The position numbers were made by a program, and so were the translations under genes. From positions 1 through 64,000 of the forward strand of contig CAUWGC010000001.1 in NCBI GenBank assembly GCA_963558405.1: a DNA stretch of 64,000 nucleotides, given 5' to 3'. Position 1 is the first letter of the stretch, and each line of letters opens with the position of its first letter. The notes under the pieces were generated by a model. It was not told where the DNA came from and did not search any database. It saw only the letters and a list, made by a program, of their open reading frames with translations. This document shows positions 1-11,689 of this stretch, piece after piece. This DNA comes from an uncultured Clostridia bacterium. Lineage in GTDB: Bacteria > Bacillota > Clostridia > TANB77 > CAG-508.

Positions 1-49
1 CCGACAATACTTGCGGGTTACCCTGCTGGAAAAATAGGTTGTTGCCAGT
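1..49 (+). rRNA. rrf: 5S rRNA, 3' part (truncated by window start)
   Basis: CCGACAATACTTGCGGG..CCCTGCTGGAAAAATAGGTTGTTGCCAG resembles the 3' half of Firmicute 5S rRNA and directly precedes a tRNA. Confidence 0.8.
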
Positions 50-59
50 TCTTTTATAT

Positions 60-135
60 TCCTCTTTAGCTCAGTTGGTAGAGCGCTCGGCTGTTAACCG
101 ATAGGTCGTTGGTTCGAGTCCAACAAGAGGAGCCA
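60..135 (+). tRNA. tRNA-Asn (GTT)
   Basis: Cloverleaf: acceptor TCCTCTT/AAGAGGA, D arm GCTC/GAGC, anticodon loop CT-GTT-AA, T loop TTCGAGT, encoded CCA; 76 nt. Confidence 0.97.
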
Positions 136-210
136 TAAACGATTTTCGTCGAACCACTTTGAAAGCCTTGATATAAAAAGATTTCAAAATTTCGACAAAA
201 TCAAAAAGAG

Positions 211-251
211 AAAGAAGATAGTTTGATTCAAATCAGATTATCTTCTTTTTT
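211..251 (+). terminator. Probable intrinsic terminator of the rRNA/tRNA transcript
   Basis: AAAGAAGATA..TATCTTCTTT stem followed by a T tract. Confidence 0.6.
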
Positions 252-375
252 GTTATAAAAAATAAAAATCTCTAAAAATTTATAAGTATTTTATAGTGAT
301 TCTCGAAATCATGAAATTCTGCTATTTAAATTTATAATTTTTTTATAAATTTATTTCTTCAAATAGCGAATCTTC

Positions 376-675
376 GTGAAATGCTTGAAAAAAGGAGGTT
401 TTTGTGATATGATAGATATCGTTAAAAGAAAAATTAATATGACTGATGAACTACGTTCAAAAATTAAATGGGCTTGCACTTTTAATAATTGTGTACCAAA
501 GATAAAGAACGGTAGTCTAAAGATTATTGAGCATACTAATTTAGCTTATGTAGAACCACACAGAGTAATTATTAAAGAAAAATTATTTCTGTTCTTTAAT
601 AATCACGAGTATTTCTATATAGGAAATTTAGAAAATAAGTATCCAATTGCAAGACTACAAAATATGGTAAACTAG
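376..675 (+). CDS. Hypothetical protein (real start probably a later ATG)
   Basis: 99 aa ORF upstream of the recombinase; no recognisable motif. Confidence 0.55.
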   Translation: MKCLKKGGFCDMIDIVKRKINMTDELRSKIKWACTFNNCVPKIKNGSLKIIEHTNLAYVEPHRVIIKEKLFLFFNNHEYFYIGNLENKYPIARLQNMVN

Positions 676-809
676 TATTTTAAGTGTATTTAATTTTTTC
701 TACTAACATCAAAATAGCATATAAATATATTTAGAGTATTAGTTTAGCATATAGAATGCTTCTAATACTCTTTTTATTATATTGTTTATGCAGAAAGGAG
801 ACGATATAA

Positions 810-2750
<1,941 letters not shown>

Positions 2751-2753
2751 CTA

Positions 2754-3100
2754 AAGCTTCGTAGCATTTCGAAGAAAGGCTACGAAGCAGGAATTTGACT
2801 TTGTCAAAATTCCTAACCCCCTATGAGTTTTGACATTCTATCAAAACTCGGGGGCTCTGCGAGGCATCGAATTAGCGACAAATTTTATAAAAAGCACCTA
2901 ATATTTGGAACAAAATAGTACCTAATTTTGTTCCAAATAAGTACATAAAAATAAATTTTATGTACCGCTTTTTATAAAATACTTCATAAATAAAAATCAA
3001 ATAATGTTCCAAAATAGAGTAATATTTTTATTTATTCGTTCGCTAATTCTAGGTAAGTTCTACGAAGTTTTTTATAAAGTTATGGCTACGAAGTTTTCTT
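2754..3100. promoter_or_regulatory. Inverted-repeat-rich region, probable oriT of the element
   Basis: IRs GCTTCGTAGC/GCTACGAAGC, GGAATTTGAC/GTCAAAATTCC, GAGTTTTGA/TCAAAACTC, ATTTGGAACAAAAT/ATTTTGTTCCAAAT, GTACATAAAA/TTTTATGTAC directly upstream of the relaxase. Confidence 0.6.
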
Positions 3101-3135
3101 TTTTTAGAGCAAATACTAGAAGAAAGGAGGACATT

Positions 3136-4557
3136 ATGGGAGAAGAACTAGCATATTCTATTCACTTGGGAAGTGATAAAAATAGGTCAAAAGTTGCAAA
3201 GAAAGTTGCAAAAAGTAATAACTCAAGTACAACTTCTTTTAGCAATAATGCTGTTCAAAATGCTCAGCAATTATCCAAAGTTAATAAGCATAATTTAAGA
3301 GATTATGACCATAAAACAGATGAAATTGAGATAGTTTATGGTACAAATAGCTTATATAAAGATGTTCAAGACTTGTACTTACAAGAGTTTCAAGAAGCAC
3401 AAATTGAATATGATAATAAGCAAATAAGAGCTGATAGAAAAATAGGAGATTACTTCACTCATATTTCAAATGATAGCAAACATGATTTAGCTTGTGAATT
3501 AATAATAGAACTTGGCGATATGGAATTTTGGAATAATAAAACAATGGAATATAAAAAGCAAATGACAGAAGTTTATCAAGACCAAATTTATAAATTAATG
3601 AAAATTGTTCCTGCGTTTAAGGTAGCAAATGCAGTAGTACATTATGATGAAACTTCTCCACATATGCACTTAGTAGGAGTACCTGTAAAAGAAGGATATA
3701 AAAATGGAATGAAGAAACAAGTTGCTAAATCTCAAATATTTACAAAGACATCATTAAAAGAGATACAAGATAAAATGAGAAAATCTTGTATTGAAAAATT
3801 TAATGAGGTCTATGAGCAAAATGCAACATTGAAGCAAAAACAAAAAGGCAGAAATCGAGATATAAATGTTAATCAAATGGACGGATATAGTGAACTAAAA
3901 AGAGAACAAGAGAAGAATACTAAAAGATTAAAAGAAGCCAATAGTAAAAGTGATGAGTTAGATATAAAAACACAGGAAATAAAAGAAATTCTTAATAACC
4001 TAAAATCACCATTACTTGATAAAAATAATAAGATTATTTCAAACGAGAATATTGATAAATTCTTAAATTATACAGAAGAGGTTAAAGATATTACTAAAAG
4101 CATAAAAGGTGTTAATGACTTAAATATTACTATTGATAAAGTGGAAAAAAATTATAAGAATTTAGAAAGCGAAAGAGATAGACTATATTATAGTAATACT
4201 GAAAAGGATAAGATGATTGCTGAATTAAAGGAAGAAATAAAGTTTAAGGATAATAAAATCAATAAATTAGAAACAGCTTTAAATAAAGTAAAAACTGAAT
4301 TAAGCAAGTTTAAAGACTTTTGGAGAAGACTAATTAGAAGATTTCAAACTAAAGTATTTGATGAAAGATTTGATAATATTCCAGAAGATAAGAGAAGTTA
4401 TACTCTTGTTGCAGAAGATTTAGAAAGAAGCGGTATATTTGATGATAATGATTCAGATATTGTAAAAAATCCAAGGAGAAAAATATTGACTAATGATGAA
4501 CTGGCTGAAATACAAGCTAAGAAAGGAAAAAAGAAAAACGATTATAATTTAGATTAA
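3136..4557 (+). CDS. MOB_V (Mob/Pre) relaxase with coiled-coil tail
   Basis: HNLR motif and HYDETSPHMH 3H motif; ATG at 3136 behind AAGGAGG. Confidence 0.9.
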   Translation: MGEELAYSIHLGSDKNRSKVAKKVAKSNNSSTTSFSNNAVQNAQQLSKVNKHNLRDYDHKTDEIEIVYGTNSLYKDVQDLYLQEFQEAQIEYDNKQIRADRKIGDYFTHISNDSKHDLACELIIELGDMEFWNNKTMEYKKQMTEVYQDQIYKLMKIVPAFKVANAVVHYDETSPHMHLVGVPVKEGYKNGMKKQVAKSQIFTKTSLKEIQDKMRKSCIEKFNEVYEQNATLKQKQKGRNRDINVNQMDGYSELKREQEKNTKRLKEANSKSDELDIKTQEIKEILNNLKSPLLDKNNKIISNENIDKFLNYTEEVKDITKSIKGVNDLNITIDKVEKNYKNLESERDRLYYSNTEKDKMIAELKEEIKFKDNKINKLETALNKVKTELSKFKDFWRRLIRRFQTKVFDERFDNIPEDKRSYTLVAEDLERSGIFDDNDSDIVKNPRRKILTNDELAEIQAKKGKKKNDYNLD

Positions 4558-4573
4558 AGGAGGCTTATAAAGT

Positions 4574-4885
4574 ATGTCAAATAAAGATAATATCTATTTT
4601 AGTAGAGAAGATTACAATAAATTAATGCAGATTATTATAGATAATAAAAACAGTAAAGATGAAGAAATTAGACACAGAGCTGAACAATTAAATGAAAAGT
4701 TTGAAAAATATATTTATTTATATGAAAAACAAATTGAAGGAAAATTAGAAGAAGGTGTTATATTTATAGCATATTCAAATGAATTAAAATGGATTGTTCA
4801 AGAATGTATGTATTTGATAAAGAAGAAACCAAAAAAGGATTATTACGAAGAATTAAAAATAAAAGAGAACAAAGGAGTGAAATAA
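4574..4885 (+). CDS. Hypothetical protein
   Basis: 103 aa ORF with AAGGAGG RBS. Confidence 0.75.
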   Translation: MSNKDNIYFSREDYNKLMQIIIDNKNSKDEEIRHRAEQLNEKFEKYIYLYEKQIEGKLEEGVIFIAYSNELKWIVQECMYLIKKKPKKDYYEELKIKENKGVK

Positions 4886-4887
4886 TT

Positions 4888-5277
4888 ATGAATAATGAAT
4901 TACCTAGAACAAAGATAGATGAAAAAACTGGAATTGAATATCATTTAGAAGGAGATTATTATATTCCAAATTTAACAATACCAAAGCAGGAAAAGATAAT
5001 TCTTAATAAATATGGTAGAATGCGATTAAACTATTTAAAAGAACATAAGAAAGCTGAATATTCAACAATGTTAATGGATGGAACATTAAATAGTCATTTA
5101 AAAGAAATTCAAGAAACTGCAACTGAAAGAGTAGAACAAATAATAAAACAATTAAAAGCAAAAAGTAATCTAACAGAAGATATGAAAAATACAGATATGC
5201 TTTATTGGGTTGGTATGATGAATAATTTTAAGAACCAAGCAGAAGAAATAATTTTTAATGAATTAATATATGTATAG
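4888..5277 (+). CDS. tnpV: TnpV family protein
   Basis: GDYYIPNL, KYGRMRLNYLKEH, WVGMMNN..AEEII..ELIY typical of TnpV; ATG 4888 behind AAGGAG. Confidence 0.85.
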   Translation: MNNELPRTKIDEKTGIEYHLEGDYYIPNLTIPKQEKIILNKYGRMRLNYLKEHKKAEYSTMLMDGTLNSHLKEIQETATERVEQIIKQLKAKSNLTEDMKNTDMLYWVGMMNNFKNQAEEIIFNELIYV

Positions 5278-5280
5278 GAG

Positions 5281-5571
5281 ATGATGCAAATGAAGAATTT
5301 AAGAGAAGTAAAAGATGATTTATTAAAAGAATGGATAGAGTTTAGAGAAGAAACAGCATTTTGTGAGATGACTCCTCAAGATAAAAAATATTGTATTTAC
5401 TTTGATGAAATTGCAGAGAAAATACTTAAAAATGTACCTGAACAGAATAAAAAATATGTTCAAAAGCAACTTGACCAACTAGATAAAAACTTTATGGATT
5501 ACCTATATTACTGGAATGAAAAGTATTATAGAAATGGATTTGCAGATGTAATTGAATTATTCTATTTATAA
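5281..5571 (+). CDS. Small hypothetical protein
   Basis: 96 aa ORF ending YYRNGFAD. Confidence 0.7.
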   Translation: MMQMKNLREVKDDLLKEWIEFREETAFCEMTPQDKKYCIYFDEIAEKILKNVPEQNKKYVQKQLDQLDKNFMDYLYYWNEKYYRNGFADVIELFYL

Positions 5572-5594
5572 AATGGACGAAAGAAAATGAAAGT

Positions 5595-5636
5595 TCAAAC
5601 TAAAAATCGTTGAGAAATCAACGATTTTTAGTTTGA
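5595..5636. repeat. Perfect 19-bp inverted repeat with GAAA loop
   Basis: TCAAACTAAAAATCGTTGA-GAAA-TCAACGATTTTTAGTTTGA. Confidence 0.9.
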
Positions 5637-5708
5637 GATTAAAATTAATTAGTAATTTATATGGACGAAACAAATCGAATAATAAAAAATATAAATGGAT
5701 AAAATAGT

Positions 5709-5785
5709 AAAAATGGCAAAATAGTTAAAATTAAGCTTGCAAAAAGTGGCAAATTACTCAAAATCAAGCCTGCAAAAAGTGGCAA
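5709..5785 (+). repeat. 33-bp-period direct repeats upstream of the ATPase promoter
   Basis: AAAATYAAGCYTGCAAAAAGTGGCAA at 5727 and 5760, partial copy at 5709. Confidence 0.8.
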
Positions 5786-5845
5786 GAAATTATTGACTAT
5801 TTATATAAAATATGATAATATTCTTAGCAAAGGAGAAGTGGATTT

Positions 5846-7150
5846 ATGCAAAGATTATTCGAAAAAAAATTGTTTGATTGGAAAGAATCAGGAATGAAAA
5901 AGCCTCTAATGGTTGTTGGGGCAAGACAAATTGGAAAAACATATACAGTTGAAAAATTTGCCAAAGAGAATTTTGAAAAATACTTGTATTTCAATTTAGA
6001 AAAAAATATGGATGTTAGAAATATTTTTGAAAAATCAATAGATGATGAGAGAATTATAAGTGATATCGAATTATACTTAGGTAAAAAAATTGATATTGAA
6101 AAAACAATATTCTTTTTCGATGAAGTGCAAGTTAGTGAAAGTTTTATAGTATCCTTAAAATACTTTAATGAATCTGAAAGACCATATAAAATAATATGTG
6201 CAGGAAGTTTACTAGGAGTGAAAATAAATAGATTTAAGGGATCATTTCCAGTAGGTAAAATAAGAATGGAATATATGTACCCTATGAATTTTGAAGAATT
6301 TTTAATAGCTACAGGAAATGAAATGTTACGAGATAAAATAAAGGAATGCTATAAAGATATGTCACCAATGCCAGACTTTGCACATGAACAAGCTATTACA
6401 TTATATAAACAATATTTGTGTGTTGGTGGTATGCCAGAAGCTGTAAATAATTTTATAGAGAATAAATTAGATATATTAAGATTTGATTCACATATTATTT
6501 CAGACATAAAAGATATGTACATTGCAGATATGCAGAAGTATGTGAAAAATAGCTTTGAAACTGTGAAAATTGAAAAGGTATATAAAAATATTCCTAGTCA
6601 ATTAGCAAAAGATAATAAGAATTTTAAATATAATTTTGTTGAAGAAACTGGAAGAAAAAGAAAATATGAAAGTTCTATTGATTGGTTAGTAGCTTCAAAA
6701 ATGATTTTAATAAACTATAATGCGAAACGTATGGAGATACCTTTAAAAGTATATATAGATGAAAATACTTTTAAATTATATTTAAGCGATGTAGGTATTT
6801 TGACAAATATGAGTGAAATTAAATTTCCAGATATAATGTTAGATAATACTTTTATTTATAAAGGAGCTATTACAGAGAACTATGTTGCACAGGAATTAAC
6901 TTCTAAAGAAGAATCATTATACTATTGGACATCCAAAAGAAGTGCTGAAATAGATTTTATATTGTATAGTGAAGAAGATGGAATAATTCCAATAGAAGTT
7001 AAAAGTGGAAATAATGTAAGATCAGTAAGTTTAAATATGTATATTAATGAATATAAACCTAAATATGCAATACGATTTTCTACTAGAAATTTTGGATTTG
7101 AAAATAATATAAAATCAATTCCATTATATGCGGTATTTTGTATAAAATAA
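5846..7150 (+). CDS. AAA_14 ATPase with C-terminal DUF4143 (PD-(D/E)XK-like)
   Basis: GARQIGKT, FFDEVQ, GGMPE, EIDFI..PIEVKS. Confidence 0.9.
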   Translation: MQRLFEKKLFDWKESGMKKPLMVVGARQIGKTYTVEKFAKENFEKYLYFNLEKNMDVRNIFEKSIDDERIISDIELYLGKKIDIEKTIFFFDEVQVSESFIVSLKYFNESERPYKIICAGSLLGVKINRFKGSFPVGKIRMEYMYPMNFEEFLIATGNEMLRDKIKECYKDMSPMPDFAHEQAITLYKQYLCVGGMPEAVNNFIENKLDILRFDSHIISDIKDMYIADMQKYVKNSFETVKIEKVYKNIPSQLAKDNKNFKYNFVEETGRKRKYESSIDWLVASKMILINYNAKRMEIPLKVYIDENTFKLYLSDVGILTNMSEIKFPDIMLDNTFIYKGAITENYVAQELTSKEESLYYWTSKRSAEIDFILYSEEDGIIPIEVKSGNNVRSVSLNMYINEYKPKYAIRFSTRNFGFENNIKSIPLYAVFCIK

Positions 7151-7183
7151 TTAGAATTATGAAGAAATGTAAAAAAGGAATGA

Positions 7184-10100
7184 GTGTTTATGGAAGAGAA
7201 AATGAAGAACTTATTTGAATATTTAAAAGAGATATATGAACTAAAAACTAGAGTTGTATTAGATTATAAAAAGTTTGATTCTGAAATTGATATAGAGGAC
7301 TTTAAAAACACATATGAAAATATAACAGATATTCATGACATTTCTAATGATATAGCTGGGGAAGAAGAATATTTCACTATTAAATATATTAGTGTGGAAA
7401 AACCTATGCCTAAAATACCAAATGAAATAAAAGATTATGTTGAAGTGAATGAAAATGGAATATCTTTAAATAATGATGAAGATATTAGCAAAGAAATAAA
7501 AGAAAAATATAATCAGTATATAAATGAATACAAAGAATCAAAAAGGGTTAATGAATTAATAAAAAAATATAATTCAATATATGAAATGTTTTTTGAATTA
7601 AATAGAAGGAAGAATGAGTTTGAAGAAAAAATAGAGGTAATACTTGGAAAAGGATTGTTTGTGTATAAAACAAAAGAAGGATATTTAATAAGAAGACATA
7701 TTTTTGAAGCTCCAATAAAAATTGATATAAAGCAAGAAAATAATACAATTCATTTAAGAATTGATAAAGAGAGTAAAGCTAATATAGAATACAATTTTTT
7801 GTCAGGTTTTGATTTTAAAATAAAAGATAGGGACTCATTGTTAAAATTAAAAAATGAATATGAAGAACAATATTTGATGAAAGACAAAATAAATTTTGAC
7901 GAACTGTTTGAAAAATATTTAAATTGTGCATCTTTTAAGTATGAATATGTAAAAGATACTTTTTATAGTGATGTAGAGCCAGAAAAAGCATATATTTTCA
8001 ACAAAGACAATATTATCGTAAGAAAAAAACAACCAACTTTATGGATGGAAGACTTGAATGATATAGTAAATAAAATTGATAATAATGAATTTAAGCCTGA
8101 AAATATATTACCATATTTAATTGTTGAAAAAGAAGATGAAAAAATAAAAGAATTATTACATTCTGAAGATAATGCAGAATCATTAGTATTGTTTCCATTA
8201 GCTTCTAATGAAGAACAATATAAGGTTGTTAGACAAACAAATGATAGTAATTTAGTATTAGTGCAAGGACCTCCAGGAACAGGTAAATCACATACAATAG
8301 CAAATTTGATTTCAAATTATGTTTCATATGGCAAAAAAATATTAGTTACAAGTGAAAAATCAAAAGCTCTAGAGGTTATAAAAGATAAATTACCAATAGA
8401 AATTAGAGATCTAAGCATGACATTACTTACAGATACACAGAATAATAATGAATTATCAAATTCAATACAGATAGTGTTAGATAAATATAAAGATAAGGAC
8501 TATTTATATGAGTATCAAAATAAAATTGAAAGTTTAGAAAAAAGATTAACTGAAATAACAGAGTTGAAAAAAATAAATTATGATCAAATTATGCAAATAT
8601 TGCTTAATAACAGTCATGATTATAAAGATGAGGTCTTAAATTTAGTAGATGTCAAATTAGATAGTTATAGATTAGTAGATATAGCTAAATATTTAAATAA
8701 TAATACAAAATATAATTATATTGAAGATACTAATAATTATAACAACATTAGCTTTGATAAAGAATTATTGTTAGAAATAAATGCAATAATAAATGATTTA
8801 AAGAAATATAAAGACTTCATAGTTGGAAGAGAATTTGATTTGCCAGAACAAATAGACTGGGAGAACTATGAATTAGCAATAGAAAACATAAAAAAGATAG
8901 AAAACAATCAAATTGTAGATGGATTAATAAGAGAAGGAATAGATGATAGAAACTTACAAAATTATGATATTAGTATGTTATCAACTACAATAAGTAATGT
9001 TATTAAACTTGAAAATTTATATGATAGAAAATATATAACTGAAAATTGTACATATAAACCTAGAATGACTAATCTTCAAGCTATAATTGATGATTGTAAT
9101 AAGAGTAAGGAATTTTTTGAAAAGACAGAAACAGAACTAATAGGAAATACTATAGAACTAAAATCTGATGATAAAATTAATCTTAGCAAAGCATTAAATA
9201 TTGTATATGAAGCTTTAACTAATGATGGAAAAATCAGTATGTTAGAGAAAATAAAATATAAAAAAGAAATATTAGAATTATCTAATATTATAGTAAATAA
9301 TAAGAAATTAGACGAAAACATCACTGAAGAAAATTTAAAATTGGCTCTAGCTAAAATAAAATACGAATTAAAGATAGAAAAGATTAAAAATGATATAGCT
9401 GGTACATTGAGAGAAAGTAGTTTGTGGGAACTTGTAAATGAGAAAGAATTTTCAAGAACATTAGAAGTTTTAATTGAAATGCTTTCTACATTTATTAATT
9501 ATTCTCAGATTGTTTCAGATTTAAAAGATGCTCTAAACGATATATTTAGGACAAATGTTAAAGTTTTGCAATATATAAAAAATGAAGAATATGAAAAAAT
9601 ATATGAAGAAATTACTAAAGCAATTGATTATAGTGAATATTTAAATAGCCAAACAAACTATGATGATAAATTGCATAATTTAGAAGCATTAAGTGTAAAA
9701 ACATATGATGTATTTGAAAATATAATAGAAGCAATAAAAAATAAAGATATTGAATCTTTTAAAAATGAGAGAGAAAAGATTGAAAAAATTTATATTGTAG
9801 ATAAAAAATATAATGAGCTTAAAAAGAAATATGAAAATGAGACACAAAATTATCCAACATTTATAAATAAATATATATCAATTGAAGACGAAGAAAGAAG
9901 AAACATAATAAAAAACTTTGATGAAATATTGAAGTATTATAGATTAAATATGTACTTTTTCTATCAAGAATTGAATAATCAAAAATTCAGTGAATTATTG
10001 GATAAAAAAGAAGAAATACAAAAACAAGAAAAAGATATAGTTGTTAAGTTGATTGAACAAAAAAGTTGGTATAATCAAATAAATAGTATGACAAATACAA

Positions 10101-11677
10101 TATGCAAATCTTTATCACAATGGCTATCATTGAAAACAAAATTGGGAAAAGGAACTGGAAAAAGAGCCAATATTATTAGAAGAGAAATGCAAGAACAAAT
10201 GCAAATTGCTAAAGAAGCTATCCCAATTTGGATTATGCCATTAGATAAAGTTATAGAGCAATATCCATATTCAAACAAACCACAATTTGATGTTGTTATA
10301 ATGGATGAAAGTTCTCAATCTTCAATTATATCATTAACAGCATTATTAAGAGGCAAAAAAATGGTAATAGTTGGAGACGATAAGCAAATAAGTCCAATAT
10401 CAGTAGGAATAACTATAGATAGTTTAAAAGCATTACAGAATAAATATTTAGCAAATATTGGATTAGGTGTTGGCTTTGATATGGATATGAGTATATATGA
10501 TTTAGCTCAAAATGTATGTGGAAGTAAAAAAGTAGTATTAAAGGAGCATTTTAGATGTTTACCAGAAATAATAGATTTTTCTAATAAATATTTTTACGGA
10601 AATCAAATTAATTGCTTAAAAGTAAGAAGTAATGAAAATACAATTAAAAATCCTATTGAAACATACTATTTAGATGATGCTACAGTTAATGTTGCAGGTT
10701 CAAACTATCTAATAAATCAAAAAGAAATTGATAAAATTATAGAAATATTAAGAAGTATAGAAAATAATAAATCATATAAGAAGAAGGATATAGGAATTAT
10801 AGTGTTACAAAATAGTAATGCACAAATTAAAGCATTAAATACAGCAATTTGGCAAAACTTTAGTAGTGATTTTATAAAAGAAAGAAGAATTAAAATTGGA
10901 AATTCATATGAATTTCAAGGGGATGAAAGAGATGTTATAATTCTTTCAATGGTTATAAGTAAAAAACAAGAAGATGGCGAAACAAGAATTGTGAAAGCAC
11001 TAACAACCAAAGAATTTGAAAGATCATTCAATGTTGCAACTTCGAGAGCCAAGGAACAAGTAATATTAGTATATTCAATACATCCAAATGAATTAAGTAA
11101 AGATTGTTTAAGATATAAATTAATTACTTATTATAATACTTTTAATAAAAATAAAAATGATGATAGAGATGTAAAATTGAATACAGATTTTGAAAAAGAA
11201 ATATATAAAGAATTAAGAAATAATAATATAGATATTACATCTCATTTTAAAATAGGTAAGTATGAAATAGATTTTGTAGTCAATGATGAAAATGGTAAAA
11301 AAATTGCCATTGAATGTGATGGAGATGATTTTAAGAGCAAAGAAGAATATGAAGCTGATATCATTGAACAGGATGTATTAACAAGATGTGGATGGAAATT
11401 TATAAGATTAAGAGCAAGCCAATTCTATGCTAATAAAGGTAAAACAGTTTCTGAACTATTAACTAGGATAAATAATATTCTAAGTGAAGAAGATAACTTT
11501 AACATTGTAGAGCCTGTATTTAAGCTTAAAGATTTTGATGAAAATATAGAAAGAAGAGAAGACATTGAAGAAGAAAATAAAGATGAAGAAAAAAACAATA
11601 TTGAAGATAAAATATCAGAAATAACAAAAAACATTAATTTAACTAATATATATATCAATGATAGTGATAAAGAGTAA
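7184..11677 (+). CDS. Superfamily 1 (DNA2/UPF1-like) helicase with long insert and C-terminal Vsr/DUF559-like nuclease
   Basis: QGPPGTGKS, MDESSQ, VGDDKQ, EHFRC, FQGDERD, FNVATSRAK; tail IDFVV..IAIECDG..WKFIR. Confidence 0.85.
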   Translation: MFMEEKMKNLFEYLKEIYELKTRVVLDYKKFDSEIDIEDFKNTYENITDIHDISNDIAGEEEYFTIKYISVEKPMPKIPNEIKDYVEVNENGISLNNDEDISKEIKEKYNQYINEYKESKRVNELIKKYNSIYEMFFELNRRKNEFEEKIEVILGKGLFVYKTKEGYLIRRHIFEAPIKIDIKQENNTIHLRIDKESKANIEYNFLSGFDFKIKDRDSLLKLKNEYEEQYLMKDKINFDELFEKYLNCASFKYEYVKDTFYSDVEPEKAYIFNKDNIIVRKKQPTLWMEDLNDIVNKIDNNEFKPENILPYLIVEKEDEKIKELLHSEDNAESLVLFPLASNEEQYKVVRQTNDSNLVLVQGPPGTGKSHTIANLISNYVSYGKKILVTSEKSKALEVIKDKLPIEIRDLSMTLLTDTQNNNELSNSIQIVLDKYKDKDYLYEYQNKIESLEKRLTEITELKKINYDQIMQILLNNSHDYKDEVLNLVDVKLDSYRLVDIAKYLNNNTKYNYIEDTNNYNNISFDKELLLEINAIINDLKKYKDFIVGREFDLPEQIDWENYELAIENIKKIENNQIVDGLIREGIDDRNLQNYDISMLSTTISNVIKLENLYDRKYITENCTYKPRMTNLQAIIDDCNKSKEFFEKTETELIGNTIELKSDDKINLSKALNIVYEALTNDGKISMLEKIKYKKEILELSNIIVNNKKLDENITEENLKLALAKIKYELKIEKIKNDIAGTLRESSLWELVNEKEFSRTLEVLIEMLSTFINYSQIVSDLKDALNDIFRTNVKVLQYIKNEEYEKIYEEITKAIDYSEYLNSQTNYDDKLHNLEALSVKTYDVFENIIEAIKNKDIESFKNEREKIEKIYIVDKKYNELKKKYENETQNYPTFINKYISIEDEERRNIIKNFDEILKYYRLNMYFFYQELNNQKFSELLDKKEEIQKQEKDIVVKLIEQKSWYNQINSMTNTICKSLSQWLSLKTKLGKGTGKRANIIRREMQEQMQIAKEAIPIWIMPLDKVIEQYPYSNKPQFDVVIMDESSQSSIISLTALLRGKKMVIVGDDKQISPISVGITIDSLKALQNKYLANIGLGVGFDMDMSIYDLAQNVCGSKKVVLKEHFRCLPEIIDFSNKYFYGNQINCLKVRSNENTIKNPIETYYLDDATVNVAGSNYLINQKEIDKIIEILRSIENNKSYKKKDIGIIVLQNSNAQIKALNTAIWQNFSSDFIKERRIKIGNSYEFQGDERDVIILSMVISKKQEDGETRIVKALTTKEFERSFNVATSRAKEQVILVYSIHPNELSKDCLRYKLITYYNTFNKNKNDDRDVKLNTDFEKEIYKELRNNNIDITSHFKIGKYEIDFVVNDENGKKIAIECDGDDFKSKEEYEADIIEQDVLTRCGWKFIRLRASQFYANKGKTVSELLTRINNILSEEDNFNIVEPVFKLKDFDENIERREDIEEENKDEEKNNIEDKISEITKNINLTNIYINDSDKE

Positions 11678-11689
11678 AAGAGGGATTTT

